Positions 20,209-30,503 are shown, counted from the stretch's first letter. The stretch is DNA of 64,000 nt from Promethearchaeota archaeon (GCA_016839705.1 JAEOTR010000046.1:32001-96000); one strand, 5' to 3'. The notes: a model not told the origin generated them from the letters alone. Translations and numbers: made by a program.

Positions 20209-20796
20209 TTATATTATTCTTGCTAAGTTATACCCTTTTTCTATTAGTTCAAAATTAAATGTTCCTATTTTCTCACCCAAACGTTTTAAAACCACAGTTT
20301 TCAAAAAATCAAGTTTTAATTCTGGTAACCCTTTTGACAGTAATCCTAAGATTGGTGTATTTAAAACAGGATTCCCATCAATGGTTAAATTTTTATCGAG
20401 TGCCAATTTGCTAATATCCGCAACAATTACTTTTGTTTTTTTACTCAATTTATATCTATTCACAAAATATTCAGGTTCTCTTTCAGAGTTAATAATAAAG
20501 ACACCATCTTGTTGAAGAGAAGACACCATTTCTTGGTTTAAAACCGTTTCGTCAAATATCATTAAAATATTAGGATATTCTATTTGTGCTCTATCCCAGA
20601 TTGTGTTTACTCGAGAAAGCTTTGCATATGCTTGAACGGGAGCACCTCTCCTTTCGGCTCCAAATGAAGGATATGCATGAACATCAGCAAATTTTCCACT
20701 TAAATATGCAGCTTCGGCAATTAACTCTGCGCATGTAACTACGCCTTGTCCTCCTCGTCCATTAATTATAATTTCTATAATATCAGATCCATTCAT
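20209..20796 (-). CDS. porG: 2-oxoacid:ferredoxin oxidoreductase gamma subunit
   Basis: GRGGQGVVT, PSFGAERRGAPV, NTPILG. Confidence 0.92.
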   Translation of the reverse strand: MNGSDIIEIIINGRGGQGVVTCAELIAEAAYLSGKFADVHAYPSFGAERRGAPVQAYAKLSRVNTIWDRAQIEYPNILMIFDETVLNQEMVSSLQQDGVFIINSEREPEYFVNRYKLSKKTKVIVADISKLALDKNLTIDGNPVLNTPILGLLSKGLPELKLDFLKTVVLKRLGEKIGTFNFELIEKGYNLARII

Positions 20797-20984
20797 CTGT
20801 AATGATTATAAATATTGCTTTAAGTTACTTATTAAGAAGTTTATCGAATAATTTAAAATTTGTATATTAGAATCCCTTATGAAAATAAAACTATAGAACA
20901 ACAAAAGGTAATAATAATAAGAAGGGTAGGATATTATAAATTATTAAAAATCGGACTTCTATAATTAGCTGAAGTGATAATATC

Positions 20985-21833
20985 ATGAAAAATCAAACTG
21001 GGTACTTCGAAGGAAGAGAATTAACAAAACTATTCTATCAATATTGGTCTCCAGACGCAGGAGAAATTAAGGCTTATATAATTGGGATTCATGGTTGGGG
21101 CACTCATTCTGACAGATTGATACTCCCCGCCGAATATTTAACAGATAAAGGATATGCAGTTTATGCTTTTGATTTAAGAGGACATTACCGGAATAGTGGG
21201 GACACTCCGGGACACATTGAAAGTATAGATCATATCCAAAAAGATATCGTTCTCTTTATGGATGTGGTTCGTAATATCGCAAATGATAAGAAAATATTCT
21301 TGATTGGTCATTCTTTTGGTGGATTGATGAGTTTAATGTATGCTATTAATCACCCCGCATTATCAGGTGCATTGGTATCTTCTCCATTATTAGGTATGTT
21401 CATGAAATTGTCAATGGGTAAGAAAGTTATCAAATCAATATCAAAAAATATCGTTAAACTGGCACCTAATAAAATTTTAAATAATATAATTGATCAAAAT
21501 CAATTGACAAGCGATTTAAAAATATTGAGAAAGCACATTGCTGATAAAAATAAAATTGATATTATCTCGGCGAAATCAGCTACAGAAATTGATAAATATA
21601 CAAAATGGGTAATGGAAAATGCTTCAAATTTGATTTGTCCTGTATTGATAATGCAAGCGGGAAATGATAAAATAGTTGATAAAACGAAACCAAAACAATT
21701 CTTTGAGATAGTAAAGAGTAAAGATAAAAGTTATAAAGAATATGATGGATTTCTACATGAGCTATGGAATGAAAAAGGAAGGGCTCAGGTGTTTCAAGAT
21801 ATGTTTATATGGCTTGAAAAGCATATAAAATAA
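20985..21833 (+). CDS. Lysophospholipase / monoacylglycerol lipase family hydrolase
   Basis: IHGWG.H, FDLRGH, GHSFGG, GNDKIVD, HELWNE. Confidence 0.88.
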   Translation: MKNQTGYFEGRELTKLFYQYWSPDAGEIKAYIIGIHGWGTHSDRLILPAEYLTDKGYAVYAFDLRGHYRNSGDTPGHIESIDHIQKDIVLFMDVVRNIANDKKIFLIGHSFGGLMSLMYAINHPALSGALVSSPLLGMFMKLSMGKKVIKSISKNIVKLAPNKILNNIIDQNQLTSDLKILRKHIADKNKIDIISAKSATEIDKYTKWVMENASNLICPVLIMQAGNDKIVDKTKPKQFFEIVKSKDKSYKEYDGFLHELWNEKGRAQVFQDMFIWLEKHIK

Positions 21834-21945
21834 ATTTCATCTAGTTTTAACATTTTGGGAGTCCCTCAAGAATAATAAAAAACCTCCCCATCTTCATTAT
21901 TATTGTTATTAAAAAATTAACAAATACAATTAATATAAAATCACG

Positions 21946-21963
21946 GTTATAATTGATTATAAC
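21946..21963. promoter_or_regulatory. Perfect inverted repeat upstream of mutS (candidate operator)
   Basis: GTTATAAT-tg-ATTATAAC, about 30 nt before the mutS ATG. Confidence 0.35.
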
Positions 21964-21992
21964 AATCACCTTAACTCTCAAATAATTTAATC

Positions 21993-24878
21993 ATGGAGGA
22001 AATAGACGAAAGGAAACTCACTCCTATGTTAAAACATTGGTATTCTATTCGTAAGAGGTATCCTTCATCTCAGTTGATTGCTTATAGGATGGGGGACTTT
22101 TTCGAGTTCTTCTATGATGACGCTGAAAGAATTTCAAAGTTATTAGGGATAACATTAACGAAAAGAGGAGATGTTCCTCTTGCCGGTATTCCACATCATT
22201 CAGCTAAAAACTATTTCAACAACCTTATGAATCTTGGTCAAACATTAGTGATTGTTGACCAACTGGAAGATCCAGCAACTGTGAAAGGGAGAATAGTAAA
22301 ACGTGGCGTTACTCGAATCCTATCACCTGGTACGGTAACTGAACCTACTCTGCTAAATGCTAATGAAAATAATTACATTGCGTCTATAGTAAAGCAGAGG
22401 AAAGGTTTTGGAGTCGCATTTACAGATATTTCTACAGGAGAGTTTGTAACTACTGAATTTTCCTCTAAATTGGAAGATGCTCAAGAAAAATTGCTAAGTG
22501 TTTTTTCTCAATATGATCCTGTCGAATTAATTATTCCTCCCGAACTTAAACAAGATGAGAGATTTTTTATTATATTGACAGATTTAACAGGTGCAATTAT
22601 TAAAACATATCAAGAATACGTTTTTGATTATGACGAAGCATACAACTTAATAACACGCCATTTTAAAATTGTTAATTTGGAATCATTTGGATTAGAAAGT
22701 TTAGAGATGGCTGTTCAAGCAACTGGTGGCCTATTAGCTTTTTTAAAAGAAACCCAAAGAGATGTTATTCCAAATATTTTTAAAATTAGTGTAATTCAAG
22801 AGAAAGAAATTTTGCATTTAGATTATATTACTCAAAGGAATTTAGAGTTAATACATTCGTTATGGGATAAAGGGAAGGATGCTACTTTATATTCAGTGTT
22901 TAATCAGACCCATACCCCAATGGGTGCCCGATTATTAAAAAAATTTATATTGCAGCCTTTAGTAAAAATCGAACAGATAAACAACAGACTCAACATCGTT
23001 CAAAAATTTAAGGATGATATTTTCTTAAGATCTGATTTGAGGGAGGAGTTAAGAATTATAGGGGATCTTGAAAGATATATTAACAAATTAAATTATATTG
23101 GTCGCACAAATGCTCGGGATCTCATAAATATTAGAAATTCTCTGGAAAAAATCCCAAAAATTAGAGAATTGCTAATAAAAGCAGATATTTCAGAAATTTC
23201 ACAATTTATCAAGAAAATCAAGCCATTTGACGGAATAAAGGCCCTAATAGGGAATTCAATAAAAGAAAACCCTCCGATTAATATAAAAGAGGGTAATATT
23301 ATTAAAGATGGCTATGATAAGAAAGTAGATGAACTCAGAGATATGCTCTATAACGGAAAGAAATATGTGTTAGAATATGAACAAGAACAGAAGAAGAGGT
23401 GGAAGTTAAGCTCAGGATTAAAAGTTAGTCATAATAACATTCTTGGATATTATATCGAAATAACTCTAAGAACTATAACATCAATCCCAAAATTACCTGA
23501 GGAATACATAGAGCGCGCAACTTTAAAGAATGCAAAAAGATACACTACGAAAAAATTGAAAGAACTTGAAGAAAAAATAGTTAATGCTGAAGATCAAATC
23601 AATAGTTTAGAATATGAAATATTCAGTAAAATTAGAGAGACAGTGGAAAAAGAAACTGAAGATATTCTAGAAACCGCGCAAAATATTGCCGTTATCGACG
23701 TTTTAACGAGTTTTGCCGAAATAGCTGAAAAATATGATTATTGTAGGCCTATAGTTACAGATAATTCTAAAATAATAATAAAAGAGGGGAGACATCCAGT
23801 GGTAGAACAAATCAATATAACCGACAAGTTCATTCCAAACGATTGCTATTTAGACAATGAAACAGATCAGCTGTTAATAATTACCGGCCCGAATATGGCC
23901 GGAAAAAGTACTTTTCTTAGACAAGTAGCTTTAATTTGTCTTATCGCGCAGATGGGATCCTTTGTTCCTGCTAAATCCGCTACTATAGGTGTGGTGGATC
24001 AAATCTTTACGCGTATAGGTGCTTCAGACGATCTTGCTCGTAAATTGAGCACTTTTATGATTGAAATGACAGAAACTGCGAAAATCCTTCATTATGCAAC
24101 TTCGAAAAGTCTTATTATAATTGATGAATTAGGACGGGGAACGAGTACAAGTGATGGTCAAAGCATCGCAATGGCTACTTTAGAGAAACTAAATAAATTA
24201 AAGGTAAAAACTCTTTTCAGCACTCATTACCATCAATTAACAGAGATAAACCTACCAGGAGTGAAAAATTATCATTTAGATATCATTGAAAATGATGATG
24301 GGACTATAAATTTTGTTAGAAAATTAAAACCTGGGTCTACTGATAAATCATATGGTATTCACGTAGCAAAATTAGCAGGGATCCCTGATGAAGTTATTAT
24401 CAGAGCCTTTGAAATTCTTGAACAAATAGAACAAAACGATCCTTTTAGAACGATGGTTAGAGAAAATGGGAATATGATTTCATCTGACATGCATTATGAT
24501 AAGATTTTGAATGGAAAGAAAACAGAACTGGAAAGATTAAATCAAGAATTAAAATCTATAAAAGAGAAATTAACCGATTACGGTGACGATCTAGGAAGAA
24601 AGGAAAAAGAATTAGAAAAAAGAAGTGCTGAGATTAAGGAATCGGAGTTAAAAATAAAAGAGTTTAAAGCTAAAGCTTCTCAAACTCATACATTGAGAAA
24701 AAAAAAGTATGTGCAAACAAGTCTATTTGAACCTGTGGAAAAGAAAGCAGAACTATTCGATGAGGATTTACAGACATTAGTAGACTATTTCAAAAAATTT
24801 GATATCGATACTTTAACCCCAAATGATTTGAAACAAAAATTAATTGAACTTAAAAAGAAAATCGAAAATTATAGTTAA
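21993..24878 (+). CDS. mutS: DNA mismatch repair protein MutS (MutS1 type)
   Basis: TPML, mismatch motif MGDFFEFF, TGPNMAGKST, DELGRGTS, STHYH, SYGIHVA. Confidence 0.96.
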   Translation: MEEIDERKLTPMLKHWYSIRKRYPSSQLIAYRMGDFFEFFYDDAERISKLLGITLTKRGDVPLAGIPHHSAKNYFNNLMNLGQTLVIVDQLEDPATVKGRIVKRGVTRILSPGTVTEPTLLNANENNYIASIVKQRKGFGVAFTDISTGEFVTTEFSSKLEDAQEKLLSVFSQYDPVELIIPPELKQDERFFIILTDLTGAIIKTYQEYVFDYDEAYNLITRHFKIVNLESFGLESLEMAVQATGGLLAFLKETQRDVIPNIFKISVIQEKEILHLDYITQRNLELIHSLWDKGKDATLYSVFNQTHTPMGARLLKKFILQPLVKIEQINNRLNIVQKFKDDIFLRSDLREELRIIGDLERYINKLNYIGRTNARDLINIRNSLEKIPKIRELLIKADISEISQFIKKIKPFDGIKALIGNSIKENPPINIKEGNIIKDGYDKKVDELRDMLYNGKKYVLEYEQEQKKRWKLSSGLKVSHNNILGYYIEITLRTITSIPKLPEEYIERATLKNAKRYTTKKLKELEEKIVNAEDQINSLEYEIFSKIRETVEKETEDILETAQNIAVIDVLTSFAEIAEKYDYCRPIVTDNSKIIIKEGRHPVVEQINITDKFIPNDCYLDNETDQLLIITGPNMAGKSTFLRQVALICLIAQMGSFVPAKSATIGVVDQIFTRIGASDDLARKLSTFMIEMTETAKILHYATSKSLIIIDELGRGTSTSDGQSIAMATLEKLNKLKVKTLFSTHYHQLTEINLPGVKNYHLDIIENDDGTINFVRKLKPGSTDKSYGIHVAKLAGIPDEVIIRAFEILEQIEQNDPFRTMVRENGNMISSDMHYDKILNGKKTELERLNQELKSIKEKLTDYGDDLGRKEKELEKRSAEIKESELKIKEFKAKASQTHTLRKKKYVQTSLFEPVEKKAELFDEDLQTLVDYFKKFDIDTLTPNDLKQKLIELKKKIENYS

Positions 24879-25786
24879 GCTAAAACTACAGGTATTATAA
24901 ATACAATCGTGGTTAGATATATATAATAAACAGTTATTATCGATACTAGAATTATTCGATATAAATTCTTCCTCTCCTCATTTCTAATATTTTCCATAAA
25001 TATAATTAACAACAATCCAATAAACATTAGATGGGAAGGTTGTAACGCTTTCCAAATTATCGAATCGATTATTAAAAGACCCTGTATTTCACCATCACTA
25101 TATCCCCAATTAGTAATCATTTGGAGGAAATAATCAGGAAAAATCATATACGGAATGAATATAATTGCAAACGGAATTAAAAAATAGAACAGATCTTTCC
25201 ACTTAATTTTCCTTGCTATTAATAAAACTGGAATGAAAACTATCGCTGTTATTTTAAAAGTTGCTAGTGTAAAGAGAATACCTGCAAACCATTTTTGATC
25301 TCTTTCTAGATATACAAAAGAATAAAATAATAAGAAGGCAATAAGAAAATTAACGTTGTTGTAATAAGCGTCGATACTATAACCCACGATACCTAAAATA
25401 TAAAAAATTAGTAAATCTTTTTTATTTTTAAACATTTTAGGTGATTCTCGTATTATTAGGATAGTTAAAGCCAATCTTAACACATCCCAAACATACACAC
25501 TAACTAAACCCCCAGATGGAATAATTTTTATCGGTAAAAAGAGGAAATACCAGAAGTAAAGATAATAGGGAGGCCAATCAGATATTGATACATCATCATA
25601 AAAATTAACTAAACCGTTGTCCATACCTTCGAGCAAGATTTTAAAATCAATATCTTTAGTTTCCTTTATCCATGTTGAGATGTCAAAAAAATATAAGAAT
25701 ATCCTCAGAATTACAAAAGAAATTGTTATTATTGCTAAGATGTACATAACATATTTCTGAATCGGAATTTCTCTTTCATTATTCAT
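24875..25786 (-). CDS. Polytopic membrane protein, GT87/DUF2029 (GT-C) glycosyltransferase-like
   Basis: About 8 TM segments, DF after TM1, PPYYLY/P motif, NNVN, 'AGILFTLATFK'. Confidence 0.6.
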   Translation of the reverse strand: MNNEREIPIQKYVMYILAIITISFVILRIFLYFFDISTWIKETKDIDFKILLEGMDNGLVNFYDDVSISDWPPYYLYFWYFLFLPIKIIPSGGLVSVYVWDVLRLALTILIIRESPKMFKNKKDLLIFYILGIVGYSIDAYYNNVNFLIAFLLFYSFVYLERDQKWFAGILFTLATFKITAIVFIPVLLIARKIKWKDLFYFLIPFAIIFIPYMIFPDYFLQMITNWGYSDGEIQGLLIIDSIIWKALQPSHLMFIGLLLIIFMENIRNEERKNLYRIILVSIITVYYIYLTTIVFIIPVVLA

Positions 25787-25996
25787 AGCAGTATAGCTAA
25801 ATCATGTGTTCCGTTCTATTAAAATTACTTTGATATATTAAACCAGATTTAAAAGCCTTACTTATAGAAAAATCATTATTTGGATTTATTTAAACCTTAA
25901 TAGAGTATTATTTTATATTTGATGGCATTTGGAAATATAGTAACTTAATAGAATATTAATTTCTTAGGAATAAAATGCATAAATGCGGGTAATATC

Positions 25997-27859
25997 GTGA
26001 CGGAGAGGAAAATCAGAAAAATATTAGATGCTGAAAAGATAGCTGCGGGAGAAGTAGTTGAAAGACCAGCTAATATCGTAAAAGAGCTTATTGAAAATAG
26101 TATAGATGCGGGGGCTAAAGAAATTAGAGTGCTTATAAAGAATGCGGGGAAGACTTTAATACACGTAATTGATGATGGTACCGGCATCTCATCTGAGGAT
26201 ATAGAAATAGCGTTTGAGAGACATACGAGTAGTAAAATAAGTAATATTGAAGATCTTGATACTCTTTCCACTCTGGGGTTTAGGGGTGAAGCCCTCGCCA
26301 GTATTGCAGCAGTGAGTCAAGTTGAAATTATTTCACGGTCAAAAGAGAATGAAAGAGGAGTGCATTTAACTATAGAAGGAGGAAAAGTAAAAGAAAGAAA
26401 GGAAATCTCTTGCCAAGTCGGAACAGATATTAAAGTCAAAAATATATTCTACAATATCCCTGCTAGACAGAAATTTCTTAAAAAAGATTCGACTGAACTT
26501 AGTCACATTACAGATTTTATCCAGAGATACTCATTGTCGTTCCCTGAACTTCATTTCATTTACCGTCATAATGAGTTAGATATTTTGAACTGCCCTGCAA
26601 AGAATGACTTAAAAACAACAGTATTTCATATATATGGGAAAAATATTGCGAAATTTATGGAACCTATTAATTACGCAGAAAAGGACTCTCTTATTAAAAT
26701 TAAAGGATTATTAGGACATCCACAGATTTCTAAAAAAAATAGGAACTATTCAAGTTTATTCATTAATCGTCGTTATATTATCAGTGACGTTTTGTTTAGG
26801 GCAATTAAAGAAGCATATGAAGGAACATTAATGATAAGTAAATACCCTTTTTTTGTGTTATTTCTAGAAATTGATCCTTCAGTCGTAGATTTTAATGTAC
26901 ATCCGAAAAAACTTCACGTTAGATTTGAGAAAGAAGAAATTCTATATAATAGAATATACAATATAATTCGAAATTTTGTTGAAAATAACTTTATAAGAAA
27001 AGAAGCTAAATACATCTCCACTGAATTAGATCCTTACCTCCAAACTTATGAAGAAGAGTTAGATAAAGGCGTTAATAAAGTTGAGAGTATTAAGGTGGAA
27101 GGAAAAATAGCAAATGATGTAGTGGATATAACAAAACAAGAAATAGATAAGGCTCAAGACGGTGTCCAATTAAACTTATTAGATCAGATTATACAAAAAA
27201 AGAACGCTTCTGAGTCTTATATAAGAGGAAAATATATCATTTCCAAAGATTTTCCGCGACTTCGTTTAATTTCTTCTACTGGTCAATTAAGCAACAAGGT
27301 TTACATTATATTAGAAGGAATCAATGAAAATAATGAAGAAGGACTATTTATTTTGGATCAACATGCCGCAGCAGAACGAATTAAAAAAGAAAAATTCCTA
27401 AAGGATTATAAATCTGGGAAAGCAAGTAGACAAAAATTAATCCAGCCGTTTAGTATTGATGTTTCTCCTAGTGATAAAATATTTTTGGAGGATAATATAA
27501 ACGAAATTAAAAAGCTTGGATTTGATTTTGAACATTTTGGCGGAAATTCCTTCATTTTAAGGGAAATCCCAACTATCATGAATAAGATTCCTAATATTCA
27601 TATAATCAAAGAGATAATTAGCGATATCACGGAAATCGGAAAAGATAAAAGCTTTAAAGAAATTAAAGAAGAAATTATTAACTATTTGGCATGTCATAAA
27701 AGTATTAGAGGAGGAGATGATCTATCCTTAACTGACATTAGAAAGCTATTATTAGATTTAGCTGAATGTGAAGACTCTTATCATTGTGCTCACGGAAGAC
27801 CGACATTAAGATTTATATCCTTTAAAGAACTAGATAAACTTTTTAAAAGAACTGGTTAA
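25997..27859 (+). CDS. mutL: DNA mismatch repair endonuclease MutL
   Basis: IAAGEVVERPA, KELIENSIDA, GFRGEALASI, DFNVHP, DQHAAAERIKKE, ACH, CAHGRP. Confidence 0.97.
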   Translation: MTERKIRKILDAEKIAAGEVVERPANIVKELIENSIDAGAKEIRVLIKNAGKTLIHVIDDGTGISSEDIEIAFERHTSSKISNIEDLDTLSTLGFRGEALASIAAVSQVEIISRSKENERGVHLTIEGGKVKERKEISCQVGTDIKVKNIFYNIPARQKFLKKDSTELSHITDFIQRYSLSFPELHFIYRHNELDILNCPAKNDLKTTVFHIYGKNIAKFMEPINYAEKDSLIKIKGLLGHPQISKKNRNYSSLFINRRYIISDVLFRAIKEAYEGTLMISKYPFFVLFLEIDPSVVDFNVHPKKLHVRFEKEEILYNRIYNIIRNFVENNFIRKEAKYISTELDPYLQTYEEELDKGVNKVESIKVEGKIANDVVDITKQEIDKAQDGVQLNLLDQIIQKKNASESYIRGKYIISKDFPRLRLISSTGQLSNKVYIILEGINENNEEGLFILDQHAAAERIKKEKFLKDYKSGKASRQKLIQPFSIDVSPSDKIFLEDNINEIKKLGFDFEHFGGNSFILREIPTIMNKIPNIHIIKEIISDITEIGKDKSFKEIKEEIINYLACHKSIRGGDDLSLTDIRKLLLDLAECEDSYHCAHGRPTLRFISFKELDKLFKRTG

Positions 27860-27892
27860 AAAATATATTTAACTATTTAAAAAACAAGGAAT

Positions 27893-28159
27893 TTATGCTT
27901 TTGAGAATGCTATAGCTTCAATACCTTGGATACCCTCAACTTTACCGAACAATTCTTCAAGCCTATCCGTACCGCCCCATTCTTCAGGATACCGTACGCG
28001 AACTCTCGCTTTTTTCAAGCCAAATGCAACAGGCATTATGTCATAGCGTTCAATAGCGCATGTATCAGGCAAAACTTTTGCTAAATTCCCTACAAATTCT
28101 TCAAAATCTACATCTGTTTCTTCTGGAACAACGTCGATTAATGCTATAAATTCTTTCAT
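27893..28159 (-). CDS. ef1b: Archaeal elongation factor 1-beta
   Basis: PEETDVD, PVAFGLK, GGTDRLEE; downstream of the Zn-ribbon gene as is usual in archaea. Confidence 0.9.
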   Translation of the reverse strand: MKEFIALIDVVPEETDVDFEEFVGNLAKVLPDTCAIERYDIMPVAFGLKKARVRVRYPEEWGGTDRLEELFGKVEGIQGIEAIAFSKA

Positions 28160-28185
28160 TTATATTATATCCTCTTAACAGTTCT

Positions 28186-28362
28186 TTAGGGGCCCTCAAA
28201 ATCACATTTCAAGCAGCGAAAAGAGTTTCCTGATTCTCTACAGCGCTCACATCTCCAAATTGTGACATCTCCACATTGAGGACAAGGAAAGTGTACAGCT
28301 GATTCGTATGGTGTTATAGGACGACCACACCCGAAACAAATATTCTTCTTATAAGAGCTCAT
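28186..28362 (-). CDS. Zn-ribbon protein (DUF1610 / HVO_2753-like), 58 aa, missed by the ORF track
   Basis: Manual translation MSSYKKNICFGCGRPITPYESAVHFPCPQCGDVTIWRCERCRESGNSFRCLKCDFEGP; four CxxC motifs, FEGP C-terminus, conserved position before EF-1beta. Confidence 0.92.
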   Translation of the reverse strand: MSSYKKNICFGCGRPITPYESAVHFPCPQCGDVTIWRCERCRESGNSFRCLKCDFEGP

Positions 28363-28593
28363 GAAGTAATCAAATATAACTTAAATTAACCTTGGATTTT
28401 AAAATATGTACTAACTTTAATTATTTTTGGTTTATAATACTAAAATAGACTAAGAAAGTTTTTTATGGTTAAAAATTTAAAATTTACTTAAATAGCATTA
28501 ATGAAAATATTAATCAAAATTTAAATTAATCAATACTCTAGTTTGCATATAAATAAATACTTATTTTTAAATTTCCCATAGGAGAGAATTACG

Positions 28594-29124
28594 ATGCCAG
28601 AGAATAAAGTTAGAAAATATTTCTCACTAATAGAAGCATGGGCTTGGTGTGATATTTGTGAAGATATGATAGCATTAAGATTAGATAAAGATGAGATTAT
28701 TAGTGGATTAAAGATGGGCATTTATACGAAAGAGCACAAACATTATAATCTTTCCCCTGATCTGGAAGATCCCGACGATGCTTCCGGACAAGAGCATACA
28801 ATTTATATCTATATAAATGATAATTATGATATCACTGGAGTAAAATCATTTTTTGGGGAATCACCTACTACAGAAGAAATCGGTGCTGAATCTTTAGAAG
28901 CAGGTGATGAAGTAAGAATTCCTGTTATTGTAAAAGATATATCGCCAATGGCCGTACAACTGGGAATGCTAACAAAAGAACAGTTCAAAGTACTTAAAAT
29001 TTGTGATGGAATGAACACAATTGAACAAGTAGCCACAATTGCTCAAAGAAGCGTAGAAGATCTCGAAAAAATGATGGATCAACTCCGAAAAAAGGGATTA
29101 GTTCGAGTTATTAAAAGGACTTAA
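28594..29124 (+). CDS. Putative metal-binding protein with C-terminal winged HTH
   Basis: CDIC plus His residues in the N-terminal half; C-terminal 'CDGMNTIEQVATIAQRSVEDLEKMMDQLRKKGLV'. Confidence 0.6.
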   Translation: MPENKVRKYFSLIEAWAWCDICEDMIALRLDKDEIISGLKMGIYTKEHKHYNLSPDLEDPDDASGQEHTIYIYINDNYDITGVKSFFGESPTTEEIGAESLEAGDEVRIPVIVKDISPMAVQLGMLTKEQFKVLKICDGMNTIEQVATIAQRSVEDLEKMMDQLRKKGLVRVIKRT

Positions 29125-29163
29125 TGTTAAAACCTTCTCTGTTTTTAAAATTAAATGTGCTCT

Positions 29164-30300
29164 CTATCTAGTAATCATTAAATCTTCCAGTTCTTGTTTC
29201 ATCTTCTTGATTTTTGGTTTTTCAAAATGTTTTCTTGCGGGGTTCAAGATATCAATGATTTTGCTTGAAACGCTATTTTTTAAGTCAAGTGGGTGGATAT
29301 TTTTGTTAAGATAAGCATCTTCCAATTCTTGATAAGTAAAAAATTCTAAGTCTCCCCCAAATTTTGTTGGTCTTTCGATTAGGAAATGAGAGTTATTTTC
29401 TCGAAAAATAATAAATTTCACCCAATCTAGAATTGGATTAAATAATACATTTCCCTCTGGGCAGAATGCAGAATTGATTTTTTCTTTAATTTCTTTGGGA
29501 CTATCATGAATGAATACGGCAGAATCAGGTAATGATTTACTCATTTTCATTTGTGACCATAGTTCTTTTAATTGATCATCATCTTCTATAGGCCAAATTG
29601 GTGGTTTTTGCAAGCCTAAGATCAAATGATTGTGAATACAAATTGGCTTAATTTTCATACCCTTTGAATTAAACAGATTATTCTTTTTCATTTTTAAAGC
29701 AACCTCTCGAGCAATCACATGAGCTTTCCTTTGATCATAACCAGCATGTGCGAAGTTTACGTTTTGGATAAAAATATCTGCTACTTGCATGGCAGGATAC
29801 AATAATTTTGCAAAATCAATATTTTCACCTTGTTTTTTTCCCATGATAGTAATGCTTCTTTGCATTCTGCTTAAAGTAGTGTTTTTACACACTTCGATAA
29901 CAGTTTCCCAGTATTCATCATTATTATGATACAATTCTGATCCAAGAGAAAATTTTACTTTGTTAGAATCAGCCCCAACACAAGACAAACCTGCTTTAAG
30001 CCCTTCTTTAAAATATCCAACAGCCATCTCTCTTATTTTTTCCATATCTCCCCCTAATTTATCATTAATCCAACTGTGCCAATCTGCAAGAAATATGGAA
30101 CAGTTAATTCCCGCATCAATAAAATCTTTGATTTTTCCCATACAAATAAGTCCTATACCTAAGTGTATTTTACCTGAGATTTCGAAGCCTATGTAGTGAT
30201 TTAGGGGAACTCCGGTTTCTAGAAGATGGAGTAAATCACTTTCAGTTAATATTTCCTCAGTTCCTTGTTTTATTAAGCTAATTTTATCTTGGATATCCAT
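29164..30300 (-). CDS. tyrS: Tyrosyl-tRNA synthetase (archaeal type)
   Basis: YIGFEISGKIHLG, ADWH, YPAMQVADI, GYDQRKAH, KMSKS, HPLDLK. Confidence 0.96.
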   Translation of the reverse strand: MDIQDKISLIKQGTEEILTESDLLHLLETGVPLNHYIGFEISGKIHLGIGLICMGKIKDFIDAGINCSIFLADWHSWINDKLGGDMEKIREMAVGYFKEGLKAGLSCVGADSNKVKFSLGSELYHNNDEYWETVIEVCKNTTLSRMQRSITIMGKKQGENIDFAKLLYPAMQVADIFIQNVNFAHAGYDQRKAHVIAREVALKMKKNNLFNSKGMKIKPICIHNHLILGLQKPPIWPIEDDDQLKELWSQMKMSKSLPDSAVFIHDSPKEIKEKINSAFCPEGNVLFNPILDWVKFIIFRENNSHFLIERPTKFGGDLEFFTYQELEDAYLNKNIHPLDLKNSVSSKIIDILNPARKHFEKPKIKKMKQELEDLMITR

Positions 30301-30353
30301 GTGAAAATAAAATAAAATAAGGAATAATAATTTTGTTGAATATGATTTAAGGT
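30164..30353. repeat. Direct repeat copy 1 (tyrS 5' end and upstream region)
   Basis: About 190 bp near-identical to 37053-37243. Confidence 0.9.
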
Positions 30354-30503
30354 AAATATTTCTGGTTAATCAGAACCTTCAAATCACCAGCAATAATGAA
30401 TATAATAAGGAAAGTAGTTTTATTACTGAAAGTAGTAAATATCAAAACTGAAGAATTTGAATGACACTTTCGCATTGATTTAAATATGATATACACTATT
30501 TTC

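Noticed and set aside
21855-21892. GGGAG/CTCCC hairpin after the lipase gene
   Set aside because: Only 5 bp of stem with a long loop; within chance expectation
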